A DNA stretch of 64,000 bases from an uncultured Gammaproteobacteria bacterium (GTDB lineage: Bacteria > Pseudomonadota > Gammaproteobacteria > DRLM01). Every line of letters begins with the position of its first letter. Positions within the stretch are counted from its first letter, which is position 1. The stretch is taken from positions 1,024,001 to 1,088,000 of the forward strand of contig CAVSNY010000007.1 of assembly GCA_963729605.1 (NCBI GenBank). Reading direction: 5' to 3'. The notes below the pieces were generated by a model, which worked only from the letters and a program-made list of their open reading frames with translations, was not told the DNA's origin and made no database searches. Made by a program: the position numbers and the translations under genes. Below are positions 21,296 to 32,461 of this stretch, piece by piece.

Positions 21296-22324
21296 TCAGC
21301 GCGTGGTCATTTCCAGAGGCGTGATCGCGAACTCGCGCAGTTGTCCGCGGCGCAATACGCGGATCGATGCCTCTTTGCCCACATGCTCCGCGCCCAACAG
21401 CCGATGCAAGGCGTCGATGCCCTCGACCCATTCGCCGTTGAACTGTACGATCACATCGCCGATTTCCAGTTCGGCGCGCGCGGCGGGGCCGTCCGGCTCT
21501 TTCTCCATTACCCGCACGCCGGCGCCGATCGGCAAATCGAAATGGCGGATCACCCGCCGCGACAGCGGGGTGGTCTGCGCGGCGATGCCGAGACCGGCGC
21601 GCCGCACCCGGCCGTGGCGTAATAGTTCGCTCACCACCCATTGCGCGGTGTTGATGGCGGTGGCGAAACACAGGCCTTGCGCGGGCATGATGACGGCGGT
21701 GTTGACGCCGATCACCTCGCCGTTGGACGCCACCAGCGGCCCGCCCGAGTTGCCGGGATTGAGCGCCGCGTCGGTCTGGATCACGTCTTCCATGAGCCGT
21801 CCGCTGTTGGCGCGCAGGCTGCGGCCGAGCGCGCTCACCACGCCGGCGGTGACGGTGCATTCAAAGCCGTAGGGATTGCCGATCGCCACCACGATCTGGC
21901 CTACCCGCACCGCGCGCGAGTTGCCGAGCCGCGCGTAGGGCAGGGCGCCGGGCGCGGAGATCTTGAGCACGGCGAGATCGGTGTGCGGATCGTGGCCGAT
22001 CAGCTGGGCGTCGAGATCGCCGCCTTCCGCAAGGCTGATCCGCAGACGACTACCCTCGGCGACCACATGGCTGTTGGTGAGGATCAACCCGTCGGGCGTG
22101 AACAAAAAGCCCGAGCCGCTGCCGGCGGCGGTTTCTTTGCCTTGCGCCGTGCGGCGATGGACGTCGATCTTGACTACCGCGGGACTCACCCCTTCCGCCA
22201 CGCCCACTACCGTGGCTGAATACGCGTCGAGCAGCGCGATGTCCGGATGCGCGGGCGCGTTGAACGTGGCGGGCTGGGTATTGCCCGCCTGGGGATCGTC
22301 TATCCATTTCAATACCGCCGCCAT
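21296..22324 (-). CDS. HtrA-like trypsin serine protease with PDZ domain
   Basis: TNSHV, DLAVL, GNSGGPL triad; C-terminal PDZ; no obvious signal peptide. Confidence 0.9.
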   Translation of the reverse strand: MAAVLKWIDDPQAGNTQPATFNAPAHPDIALLDAYSATVVGVAEGVSPAVVKIDVHRRTAQGKETAAGSGSGFLFTPDGLILTNSHVVAEGSRLRISLAEGGDLDAQLIGHDPHTDLAVLKISAPGALPYARLGNSRAVRVGQIVVAIGNPYGFECTVTAGVVSALGRSLRANSGRLMEDVIQTDAALNPGNSGGPLVASNGEVIGVNTAVIMPAQGLCFATAINTAQWVVSELLRHGRVRRAGLGIAAQTTPLSRRVIRHFDLPIGAGVRVMEKEPDGPAARAELEIGDVIVQFNGEWVEGIDALHRLLGAEHVGKEASIRVLRRGQLREFAITPLEMTTR

Positions 22325-22406
22325 GATCTACCTCCCAGCGGCCGCCTGAGTTGCGGTCGATTGCTTGAAAATGGGGGCGGCTGCGGGAGGAATCAAGAGT
22401 TACATT

Positions 22407-22462
22407 ATAGGGTGGGTTAGACGCGTTAACGGCGTAACACACCCAATCGTCGCGCAGCGACA
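22407..22462 (+). repeat. REP hairpin with conserved arm
   Basis: ATAGGGTGGGTTAG...CGTAACACACC followed by CGTCGCGCAGCGAC. Confidence 0.75.
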
Positions 22463-22561
22463 CCTTAATGAAAATGAACGCTTTCCAAACAGCGGCTAAT
22501 GGCCGGCCGCGCGAACCCGCCTAGCATTTATTTTTGCTGCCAGTCAGGTCGGTGCGGGTCG

Positions 22562-23626
<1,065 letters not shown>

Positions 23627-23638
23627 GTCTTTCTCTTT

Positions 23639-24508
23639 TCAATGTGCGGCGGAACGGTCGCGCTGGGTATGCCATTCGACCCAGGTTTTGGCGATCAAGG
23701 TAACCAGCGCCAGCAGCGCCAATAGCGAAGCCACGGCGAAGGCGGCGACGAAGTTGTATTCGTTGTAGAGTACTTCGACATGCAGCGGCATGGTGTTGGT
23801 GAAACCGCGGATGTGGCCCGACACCACCGACACCGCGCCGAATTCGCCCATCGCGCGCGCGTTGCACAAGATCACGCCGTAGAGCAGGCCCCATTTCACG
23901 TTGGGTAACGTGACATGCCAGAAGGTCTGCCAGCCGCTGGCGCCCAGCGATACCGCGGCCTCTTCTTCTTCCTTGCCCTGTTCCTGCATCAAGGGAATCA
24001 ATTCGCGGGCGATGAACGGGAAGGTGACGAACAGCGTGGCGAGCACCAGTCCCGGCACCGCGAAGATCAATTTGATGTCGTGCTCCGCGAGCCACGGCCC
24101 CAGCCAGCCTTGCGCACCGAACAGCAATACATACACGAGGCCCGCGATCACCGGCGACACCGAGAAGGGCAGATCGATGAGGGTGATGAGCAGACTCTTG
24201 CCGCGAAACTCGAATTTGGCGATGGCCCAGGACGCGGCCAGGCCGAACACCAAATTGAGCGGCACGGCGATGACCGCCACCAGCACGGTGAGCTTGATCG
24301 CCGACAACGCGTCGGGCTCCTTGAGCGCTTCCCAATAAGCAGCGACGCCGTTGCGCAAGGCCTCGACGAACACCGACAGCAACGGCACGAACAGAAAGGC
24401 CGTCAGAAAGGTCAACGTGACGGCGATCAGCAGCCAGCGCACCCAGGCCGCTTCGCGGGTGGCGACGTTGCGGGGAATGGGGGCGGTTATAACATTTGCG
24501 TTCGACAT
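23639..24508 (-). CDS. cysW: Sulfate ABC permease CysW
   Basis: DLPFSVSPV and [15 protein letters not shown] motifs. Confidence 0.93.
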   Translation of the reverse strand: MSNANVITAPIPRNVATREAAWVRWLLIAVTLTFLTAFLFVPLLSVFVEALRNGVAAYWEALKEPDALSAIKLTVLVAVIAVPLNLVFGLAASWAIAKFEFRGKSLLITLIDLPFSVSPVIAGLVYVLLFGAQGWLGPWLAEHDIKLIFAVPGLVLATLFVTFPFIARELIPLMQEQGKEEEEAAVSLGASGWQTFWHVTLPNVKWGLLYGVILCNARAMGEFGAVSVVSGHIRGFTNTMPLHVEVLYNEYNFVAAFAVASLLALLALVTLIAKTWVEWHTQRDRSAAH

Positions 24509-24518
24509 GGTATTCCCC

Positions 24519-25340
24519 TTAGGCCAGGCGGCTCCTGCTCCACCACTGGAGCAGGTTGATGGCGAGCAGTAATACGAAGGAGGCGATGAGCATCACCACC
24601 GCGATGGCGGTGGCCTCGGCGTATTGGAATTGTTCGAGCTTGGTGATGATCAGCAGCGGCGCGATTTCCGATACCATCGGCATATTGCCGGCGATGAAAA
24701 TCACCGAGCCGTATTCACCCACCGCGCGGGCGAAGGCCAGCGCGAAGCCGGTGAGCAAGGCGGGCATGACGGTGGGAAAGATCACCCGGCTGATGGTCTG
24801 CCAGCGGGTGGCGCCGAGGGACGCGGCGGCTTCTTCCACTTCGCGGTCGAGGTCGGCGAGCACCGGTTGCACCGTGCGCACCACGAAAGGCAGGCCGATG
24901 AAGGTCAACGCCACCACGATGCCCAACGGCGTGTACGCGACTTTGATACCTTGCGCCGCCAGATACTGACCGATCCAGCCGTTGTCGGCATAGATCGCGG
25001 TGAGCGCGATGCCCGCCACCGCGGTCGGCAGCGCGAAGGGCAGGTCGACCAAGGCATCGACCACCCGTTTGCCGATGAAGTTGTAACGCACCAGCACCCA
25101 CGCCACCAGCAAACCGAACACGGCGTTGATCAACGCCGCGATCAGCGCCGTGCCGAAGCTCAATTTATAAGACGCCAACACCCGCGGTGCGGTAACCGTG
25201 CTCCAGAATTGTTCCCAACTCAAGGTCGCGGATTTCAAAAACAAGGCGCTGAGCGGAATCAGCACGATCAGACTTAAATAAAATATCGTGAAACCCAAGG
25301 CCGGACCGAAGCCCGGCAATATACTGTGTTTTTTTATCAT
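24519..25340 (-). CDS. cysT: Sulfate ABC permease CysT/CysU
   Basis: [12 protein letters not shown] and [12 protein letters not shown] motifs. Confidence 0.93.
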   Translation of the reverse strand: MIKKHSILPGFGPALGFTIFYLSLIVLIPLSALFLKSATLSWEQFWSTVTAPRVLASYKLSFGTALIAALINAVFGLLVAWVLVRYNFIGKRVVDALVDLPFALPTAVAGIALTAIYADNGWIGQYLAAQGIKVAYTPLGIVVALTFIGLPFVVRTVQPVLADLDREVEEAAASLGATRWQTISRVIFPTVMPALLTGFALAFARAVGEYGSVIFIAGNMPMVSEIAPLLIITKLEQFQYAEATAIAVVMLIASFVLLLAINLLQWWSRSRLA

Positions 25341-25494
25341 TGTTGATAAGTCCACTCGTTGTATAAGTAGGACATCGATCGCCCTTACTCGTCGTTGCTG
25401 TATTTGTGCGATCAACCGGCGTTATCGTTGCGCGAGGCGACGGCAGTCGCCTCGCGCTCCCTTCCAAATTTCTCTGGCTGGATCGCCGTTGAAC

Positions 25495-25716
25495 CTAGAG
25501 CTTGGCCAGCAGAACCTCCGTCGATTTGAATACGGTGAGGACCTCGGACCCCACTTGCAGATCGAGATCCTCGATCGAGCGCGAGGTCACCACCGACGTG
25601 ACGATGCCCGCCGGGGTCTCGACATCGACCTCCGACACCACGGGGCCGGCGATGATTTCCTTGATCTTGCCCCGGAACTGATTGCGGGCATTGATGGCGA
25701 CTATGGACTGTGACAT
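25495..25716 (-). CDS. TOBE/Mop domain protein (SsuF-like)
   Basis: INARNQFRGKI...KSTEV. Confidence 0.85.
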   Translation of the reverse strand: MSQSIVAINARNQFRGKIKEIIAGPVVSEVDVETPAGIVTSVVTSRSIEDLDLQVGSEVLTVFKSTEVLLAKL

Positions 25717-25774
25717 GTCGTTCTCCTCAGATTGGTATGTACTTCGGCGCTCGCCGTCATGAACTCCGCGTTGT

Positions 25775-26785
25775 TTAGCGGCCCGGCGTGTAGATCCGAT
25801 CGAACTCGCCCTCGTCGGCGAAGTGGGTTTTTTGCGCCTTCTGCCAGCCGCCGAACACCTCGTCGATGGTGAACAGGTTCACCTTGGGAAATTGCTTGGC
25901 GTACTTCCCGGTCACCGCCTCCAACCGAGGACGGTAATAATGTTTGGCGGCGATTTCCTGACCTTCCGGCGTGTACAAATATTCCAGATAGGCCTGGGCG
26001 GCGGCGCGGGTGCCGTGTTTGTCCGCGTTTTTGTCTATCAGCGCGACCGGCGGTTCGGCGAGGATGCTGACCGACGGCACGACGATTTGCACTTTGCCTT
26101 GGCCGAATTCTTTGGCCGCCAAAAAGGCTTCGTTTTCCCAGGTCACCAGCACGTCGCCGATACCGCGCTGCACGAACGTGGTCGTGGAGCCGCGCGCGCC
26201 GGAATCCAGCACCGGCACGTTTTTGTAGAGCTTGGTGACGAAGTCCTTCGCCGTCTGCTCGTTGCCGCCCGGTTTTTTCAAGGCGTAACCCCAGGCCGCC
26301 AGATAATTCCAGCGCGCGCCGCCGGAGGTTTTGGGATTGGGCGTGATGACCGAGATGCCGGGCTTGACGAGATCGTCCCAATCTTTAATGCCCTTGGGAT
26401 TGCCCTGACGCACCAGAAATACGATGGTGGAGGTGTAAGGCGAACTATTGTTGGGCAGACGTTTTTGCCAGTCGGCGGGCAGGAGCTTGGCCTTTTCGGC
26501 GATGGCGTCGATGTCGTAAGCCAGCGCCAGGGTGACGACGTCGGCTTCCAATCCGTCGATCACCGCACGCGCCTGTTTGCCGGCCCCGCCGTGGGACTGT
26601 TTAATCGCCACCTTGTCGCCGGTTTTTTTCTTCCAGTGTTCAGCGAAGGCCTTGTTGAAGTCCTGATAGAGTTCGCGCGTGGGATCATAAGAAACGTTGA
26701 GCAACTCAACATTTTTGGCCGTTGCGCTGGCGGCCATGCCGGTCAGCAATAGTGCACCAGCCAGCAGTTTGATGACGTGATTCAT
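25775..26785 (-). CDS. sbp: Sulfate-binding periplasmic protein
   Basis: [13 protein letters not shown] and [10 protein letters not shown] motifs. Confidence 0.95.
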   Translation of the reverse strand: MNHVIKLLAGALLLTGMAASATAKNVELLNVSYDPTRELYQDFNKAFAEHWKKKTGDKVAIKQSHGGAGKQARAVIDGLEADVVTLALAYDIDAIAEKAKLLPADWQKRLPNNSSPYTSTIVFLVRQGNPKGIKDWDDLVKPGISVITPNPKTSGGARWNYLAAWGYALKKPGGNEQTAKDFVTKLYKNVPVLDSGARGSTTTFVQRGIGDVLVTWENEAFLAAKEFGQGKVQIVVPSVSILAEPPVALIDKNADKHGTRAAAQAYLEYLYTPEGQEIAAKHYYRPRLEAVTGKYAKQFPKVNLFTIDEVFGGWQKAQKTHFADEGEFDRIYTPGR

Positions 26786-26818
26786 GATTATTTCAACTCC
26801 TCTTGCATTTAAAATCGG

Positions 26819-27895
26819 TTAAAACTTGATGATGGTGCCCAGCGAGAACGCGCTTGCCGAGTCACCGTTATTGGCCGTGGCGATGGTCAAGTTATCGCTG
26901 CGTCCTTCGCGGAAAGGCGTCAAGCCGCGTCCGGCGTCGTTATCGATCGTCGCGTAGTCGGCATACAAGATGACGCCTTTCTGCAAGGTGTATTCGGTGC
27001 CGACCGCGAGCAAGGTTGCGTCTCTATTGGCGGCGTCCGCGTTCAATTGATAGGTTTGCGCCTTGAACAGCCAAGCCTGGTGTTTGAAGGAGGCGCCCAG
27101 ACCATAAACGTCTTCATCGTTGGCGCTGGTGGTGCCGCTTACTTTTTGCCAAAGCGCGTTGATGCGCCAGGCATTCCAATCGTAATAAGCGCCGAGCCGG
27201 ATAATGGACGGCGCATCGCCGGCGGCCGGCGGCGTGGCGGTCGAGACGAAGCCTATCGTTTCGTAACCGAGGCCGACGAACAGCGGACCTTGCGCGTAAT
27301 TCACCGCGGCGCTGATGAGATCGTTGTCGTTGGTCGCGGTGGCGGCGGTATCGACGTTGGTGGAATATTGAAAGTTGCCTTTAAAACCGGCCAGCTCCGG
27401 CGTGGTGTACCCCAGGCTGTTGTTGGGCCGCTCGTCGAAGCGGGCCAAGGTGTTCGCCGTGCCCGAGCCGTTGGCGCCGCGAGTCAGATTACGGGCGTCG
27501 CCCACTTGGTCTTTGAACAAATCGACCTGCCGGCCGATCAGTTTCACCGGCGTATCGAAGCGGCCGATGCGCAGCGTGCCGAACTTGCCCTGCAAGCCCA
27601 CGAAGGTGTCGCGGCTGGCGAGCACGCCGTTGTCGGTGGGGGCGGCGGTGTCGGCGCGCAGCTCCGATTCGATCTGATAAATGCCGGCGATGTCGCCGCC
27701 GATTTGAATGTTGCCTTTAACCCCGAGCCGGCTTGAATTGCTGGAGATATTGAGGGCGCTGTCGCTGCCGTTGTCGAGCTGGTCGATCGACAGATTGAGT
27801 TGTCCGTAGAGCGTGGGGGCGGCAGATAGGGTTTGTGAAAGAAGACCTCCCGCCAAGCCGGCGGCGAGTGTCAAATTACGATTAACGCTTTGCAT
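26819..27895 (-). CDS. Gram-negative porin
   Basis: Signal peptide, TLYG, SSRLGVKG, terminal Phe. Confidence 0.85.
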   Translation of the reverse strand: MQSVNRNLTLAAGLAGGLLSQTLSAAPTLYGQLNLSIDQLDNGSDSALNISSNSSRLGVKGNIQIGGDIAGIYQIESELRADTAAPTDNGVLASRDTFVGLQGKFGTLRIGRFDTPVKLIGRQVDLFKDQVGDARNLTRGANGSGTANTLARFDERPNNSLGYTTPELAGFKGNFQYSTNVDTAATATNDNDLISAAVNYAQGPLFVGLGYETIGFVSTATPPAAGDAPSIIRLGAYYDWNAWRINALWQKVSGTTSANDEDVYGLGASFKHQAWLFKAQTYQLNADAANRDATLLAVGTEYTLQKGVILYADYATIDNDAGRGLTPFREGRSDNLTIATANNGDSASAFSLGTIIKF

Positions 27896-28045
27896 TTTTT
27901 TACCTCATCAAATGAGCTGGTACGAACCTCCGGTCGTCCGGTCAGTTGCTAAGGTGATTGTTTGGTTGTTTCTTGACGCGGCCCCGACGGTGCGCGGGAT
28001 GCCGCTACGTTCAATTGAATAATTTATTTTGTTCGATGGGTTCGC

Positions 28046-28225
28046 TCAGCGCTGGGCCGGTGTTTCGAACCGCACTTTTTCCCTCCTCTCGATTTGCACT
28101 ACCTTGCCATCATGGACCACGACCTCTACCGAGCCGTACCGCAGATCCTTGATGACTTCCAAGACCCTTTGCAGGGTTCGCTCATCCGGGCCTTGCGGCT
28201 TCGGGGGCGTGGTCGTTTGAACCAT
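28046..28225 (-). CDS. YezD/DUF2292 (OscA-like) small protein
   Basis: LRYGSVEVVVHDGKVVQIERREKVR; first gene of the sulfate operon. Confidence 0.8.
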   Translation of the reverse strand: MVQTTTPPKPQGPDERTLQRVLEVIKDLRYGSVEVVVHDGKVVQIERREKVRFETPAQR

Positions 28226-28317
28226 GGCCGTTCTACCTTTCGGAATGTGGAAACCGCTTGGTCGGCTATCCGTATAACCCGGGTATCGCCAGACGGAGGC
28301 CATCCTAGCAAGCCGAT

Positions 28318-28370
28318 TTATAAAATTAGAAACAATATTAAATTCTATTTTTAGAATTTAAGGTTATAAG
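28318..28370 (-). promoter_or_regulatory. AT-rich promoter/operator region of the sulfate operon (CysB-type site inferred)
   Basis: Very AT-rich tract upstream of a sulfur-starvation operon; exact site not defined. Confidence 0.35.
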
Positions 28371-28496
28371 ATGGGGCAATATCTGCCAGCCTCAATACCA
28401 GAAGGGCGGATCTGATTCATGGCAGGTATGTAACCGGCGAAGGCGGAAGAAGCTTAGGAGTGGGGCGAATAACCCGGGAAGAGTTTTAATCGCCCG

Positions 28497-29987
28497 CTAT
28501 GTGGCGGTGGTTGGCTTGTGCATGATGCGTTTCGCCAACAGCAGATCGAGGGTATACCGCACCCCGAACCCCGTGGTGGCGGTGGGGACGTGGGCGAGTC
28601 CACCCTTATGGCTGGCGCTCGCGAGATCAAGGTGCAGCCAGGGAATTTTTTCGTCGACGAAACGGTTTAAAAAACGCGCGGCGAGGATGTGGTCGGCCTC
28701 GCCTTCCAAGCTGCATTGCTTGACGTCGGCGATGTCGCTTTCCAGGGCCTTGTCGTAATCGGGATCGGTGGGGAAGGGCCACACCCGTTCGCCGGAATCC
28801 ACTCCGGCGGCGATGATGTCGTTGATGAGTCCGCCTCGGTTGGTGAAGGCGCCGCTGTAGCCGGTGCCCAGCGCGTAGATGCACGTGCCGGTGAGGGTGG
28901 CGTAGTCGATGATGAAGGCGGGTTTCGCCCGGCTCGCCAGCGCCAGGGTGTCGGCCAGCACCATGCGGCCCTCGGCGTCGGTGTGCACGATTTCGATGGT
29001 GGTGCCGTTGAGGGCGGTGACCACGTCGTTCTGTTTATAGGCCAGCGGGCTGATCATGTTCTGCGCCAGCGCCAGCCAGCAATTCACCGGAAAATCCACT
29101 TTCAAGCGCGTCAGCGCCAGCAAAGTGCCGAGGGCCACGGCGCTGCCCGCCATGTCCTCGTGCATGCCGAGCATGCTTTTCGCCGGTTTGAGATTGTGGC
29201 CGCCGGTATCGAAGCAAATGCCTTTGCCCACCAGCGCCAGCGCCGGCTTCTTCGATTTGGCCTTGGGCGTGTAACGCAGATGAATGATACCGTCGTCCTG
29301 CGCGACGCCGCCCTGCGCCACGGCCAGGAAGGCCCCGGCCTTCATGCGTTGCAGGGTCTTGATGTCGAAAAACGTCATTTGCCAGCCATGTTCCTTGGCC
29401 AGTTTGGCGACGCGTTCGCGATACCGCGCCGGGGTGAGCTCGTTGGGCGGCAGCACGGTGAGGGTGCGGGCGAGGTGATTGCCCTCCGCCTCGGCGACGG
29501 TGCGCGCCAAGTCGAGTCCCGCCGGACCGGCGAAGATTTCGATGGTCTTGAGCGGCCGCTGCGGTTTTTGGTCGCTTTTATAACTGGGCAGCGGCCGGGC
29601 CTTGGCCAGCAGCGCCGCCGTCACCGCCTCGATCAGCCGCGCCGCGGTCGCGGTGTCGAAGCCGGCGGTGACGATGGCCACCTTGGCAGGCGGTAACGCG
29701 CGTTGCCAATGGGCGGCTGCCAGCTTGCGGGCGAGGGTCAGCGAGTCAAACGCCGAGAGGTCGGCGGCGATACGCGCCAGGCTGACCCGGGTGTCGCGGC
29801 CGTTGGGCAGATCGGTGACGTAGGGGCCTGCTTCGTCGGCGCCCTGTTTTTCCAGGCGCCTCTGCAACACTTCTTTATAGGGAAATTCGGGCCACGTCTT
29901 GTCGGGAATGAGAATGATGAGGTGATCCTGGCCGTCGATATCCTGGATCGTGGCCGGGTTTTTGTTTTGTTTTATAGCGACTTTCAT
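28497..29987 (-). CDS. Leucyl aminopeptidase (M17)
   Basis: VGKGICFDTGG, HTDAEGR and DYATLTG motifs. Confidence 0.92.
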   Translation of the reverse strand: MKVAIKQNKNPATIQDIDGQDHLIILIPDKTWPEFPYKEVLQRRLEKQGADEAGPYVTDLPNGRDTRVSLARIAADLSAFDSLTLARKLAAAHWQRALPPAKVAIVTAGFDTATAARLIEAVTAALLAKARPLPSYKSDQKPQRPLKTIEIFAGPAGLDLARTVAEAEGNHLARTLTVLPPNELTPARYRERVAKLAKEHGWQMTFFDIKTLQRMKAGAFLAVAQGGVAQDDGIIHLRYTPKAKSKKPALALVGKGICFDTGGHNLKPAKSMLGMHEDMAGSAVALGTLLALTRLKVDFPVNCWLALAQNMISPLAYKQNDVVTALNGTTIEIVHTDAEGRMVLADTLALASRAKPAFIIDYATLTGTCIYALGTGYSGAFTNRGGLINDIIAAGVDSGERVWPFPTDPDYDKALESDIADVKQCSLEGEADHILAARFLNRFVDEKIPWLHLDLASASHKGGLAHVPTATTGFGVRYTLDLLLAKRIMHKPTTAT

Positions 29988-30166
29988 TCCCTGGGCGCCC
30001 TCCCGGCCGGCGCTTTTGCTTGACCTGTCAACACAAAAACCCGATCATACCGCGTTTCCGCAGCCGGGGGGATATCCGAGGGATGACCGGCGGGAATGGG
30101 GGCGCCGCCGACTAAGCCGCTCTGCCACAACAGAATGTTTTCCAAAGACTAACGCTAAGGATTCCC

Positions 30167-31159
30167 ATGAACGCCGCTGACAAGAAACGGCTCCTGCGCG
30201 AGATGCTTTTCGCGCGACGTTTTGAGGAGCGCTGCTACGAGGCCTACGTGGAGCGCAAAATTGGTGGATTTCTCCATCTTTATCCGGGCGAAGAGGCCTG
30301 TGCCTTCGGGGTGTTGGACGCCGCGCGCCCCGGCCATGATTACGTGATCACCGGTTACCGCGATCACGTGCACGCCATCAAGTGCGGCGCCGATCCCAAA
30401 AAGGTGATGGCCGAACTGTTCGGCAAGGAGACCGGGTCCAGCAAAGGCCGCGGCGGCTCCATGCACATCTTCGACGCCGAACACCGTTTCATGGGCGGTT
30501 ACGCCCTGGTGGGCGGCCCCTTCCCGCTGGCGGTGGGCATGGCCAAGGGCATCAAGATGAAGGGCGGCGACGAGATCTCCATTTGCTTTTTGGGTGACGC
30601 CGCCAACAACCAGGGCACGTTCCATGAATCGCTGAACATGGCGTCCTTGTGGGAGCTGCCGGTGTTGTTCGTCTGCGAAAACAATCTGTACGGCATCGGC
30701 ACCCGCATCGACCGTTCCACCGCGGTGATCGAGCAATACAAACGGGTGTGCGGCTACAACATCCCCTCCGCGCAGGTGGACGGCCAGGACATCGAACAGG
30801 TGTACGCCGCCGCCAAGATCGCCGTCGATCACGTGCGTTCCGGCAAGGGGCCGTACTTCCTGGAATTGATGACCTACCGTTATCGCGGCCACTCCATGTC
30901 CGACTCCAATGCCTACCGCGCCAAGGAAGAAGAGCGCATGTGGGGTAAGCGCGATCCCATCATCATCCTGCGCGACCGCCTCATCGAGGCCGGCGAGCTC
31001 AGCATGGATGATTACAAGCGCATGGACGACGAGGTGTTGGAATTCATCGAAAAAGAAATCATCAAGTTCGCCGAGGAATCACCGGAGCCCAAGCTTGAGG
31101 AATTGGAAAAATACGTGCTGGCGGAGAACGATCCGTACGTACGCGGGGGAGTGCATTGA
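30167..31159 (+). CDS. pdhA: Pyruvate dehydrogenase E1 alpha
   Basis: GFLHLY, GRGGSMH, GDAANNQG and YRYRGHSMSD motifs. Confidence 0.93.
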   Translation: MNAADKKRLLREMLFARRFEERCYEAYVERKIGGFLHLYPGEEACAFGVLDAARPGHDYVITGYRDHVHAIKCGADPKKVMAELFGKETGSSKGRGGSMHIFDAEHRFMGGYALVGGPFPLAVGMAKGIKMKGGDEISICFLGDAANNQGTFHESLNMASLWELPVLFVCENNLYGIGTRIDRSTAVIEQYKRVCGYNIPSAQVDGQDIEQVYAAAKIAVDHVRSGKGPYFLELMTYRYRGHSMSDSNAYRAKEEERMWGKRDPIIILRDRLIEAGELSMDDYKRMDDEVLEFIEKEIIKFAEESPEPKLEELEKYVLAENDPYVRGGVH

Positions 31160-32136
31160 TGGCAGTCATGATGTATTGGGAGGCGATCCGCCGCGCCCAC
31201 GATGAAGAGATGGCGCGCGATCCGCTGGTGATCTGCATGGGCGAGGACATCGGCGTGGTCGGCGGTACCTATAAAGCCACCCAAGGCCTGTACGACAAAT
31301 ACGGCCCCGAGCGCGTAATCGATACGCCGATCTCGGAAAACAGCTACACCGGCCTCGGCATCGGCGCGTCGTTTTTAGGCATACGTCCCATCATCGAGAT
31401 CATGTCGGTGAACTTCGCCTGGCTCGCCACCGATCAGATATTCAACAGCGCCGCCAAAGTGCGCTACATGTCCGGCGGCCAGCTCACCGCGCCGGTGGTG
31501 ATCCGTTCGCCGGGCGGCACCGCGCATCAGCTCGGCGCGCAGCATTCGGCGCGCATGGAAAAGGTGTTCATGGGTATCGCGGGTCTGCGCGTCGTGACGC
31601 CGTCGAGTCCGAAGCAGGCTTACGGTCTGCTCAAGTCCGCCGTGCGCTGTAACGACCCCGTGTTCATCAACGAGCACGAACTCATGTACAACATGAAGGG
31701 CGAGGTGCCCGACGCGGAATATTTCCATCCGCTCGAAGGCTCCGAGGTCACCCGGGCCGGCAAGGACGTCACCCTGTTCGGCTACAACATCTCGGTGCAT
31801 TGGTGCGTGCAGGCCGCCGAGCAACTTGCCAAAGACGGCATCGACTGCGAAGTGATCGACCTCTATTCCTTGAGCCCGCTCGATCGCGCCGGCATCAAGA
31901 AGTCGGTGAGCAAGACCCACCGTGCGATCGTGGTGGAAGAGGCCGAGGCGCCGGTCGGCGTCGGTTCCGAAGTGATGGCCATCATCAACGAAGAGTGTTT
32001 CTTCGAGCTGGATGCCGCGCCCGTGCGCGTGTCCGCGGTGAACGTGCCCATCCCCTACAATCACCACTTGGAAAAAGCCGCCATCCCCAACGCCAAGAAG
32101 GTCGTCGAGGCGGTGCGCAAGATGTTGGGCAAATAA
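31159..32136 (+). CDS. pdhB: Pyruvate dehydrogenase E1 beta
   Basis: MGEDIG, DTPISE and AQHS motifs. Confidence 0.93.
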   Translation: MAVMMYWEAIRRAHDEEMARDPLVICMGEDIGVVGGTYKATQGLYDKYGPERVIDTPISENSYTGLGIGASFLGIRPIIEIMSVNFAWLATDQIFNSAAKVRYMSGGQLTAPVVIRSPGGTAHQLGAQHSARMEKVFMGIAGLRVVTPSSPKQAYGLLKSAVRCNDPVFINEHELMYNMKGEVPDAEYFHPLEGSEVTRAGKDVTLFGYNISVHWCVQAAEQLAKDGIDCEVIDLYSLSPLDRAGIKKSVSKTHRAIVVEEAEAPVGVGSEVMAIINEECFFELDAAPVRVSAVNVPIPYNHHLEKAAIPNAKKVVEAVRKMLGK

Positions 32137-32139
32137 AAT

Positions 32140-32429
32140 GTAGCGTGGGTTAGGCGCGTCTTCGCGCCGTAACCCACCAAGCCGCGCCGTCAGGCGCACC
32201 TTTAAAATATTAAGGAGTCGCTGCGCGACGCTCGGTGGGTTACGGCGTTGTCACCCTCACCCCATCCCTCTCCCGCTTGCGGGAGAGGGGGAGATGGAAA
32301 GGATGAATTGATCGGCGTCTAACCCACCCTACATTCTTACTCCCTCTCTCTTGATGGGAGAGGGCAGGGGAGAGGGTAAGCGCGACGGTCGGTGGGTTAC
32401 GGCGCAACAATCCGCCCAACCCACCCTAC
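32140..32429. repeat. Composite REP cluster with nested second palindrome family
   Basis: Three GTAG..GGGTTAG/TAACCCACC REPs plus two CCCTCTCCC..GGGAGAGGG hairpins, one inside a REP loop. Confidence 0.85.
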
Positions 32430-32461
32430 ATATACAACTTCAGTTTCTATCAGGGACAGTC

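Noticed and set aside
32140-32429. Possible CRISPR array
   Set aside because: Repeats are inverted, variable REP hairpins without regular unique spacers; no cas genes
32351-32461. 37-aa N-terminal extension of the E2-E3 ORF
   Set aside because: Lies within REP repeats; ATG 32462 starts the lipoyl domain
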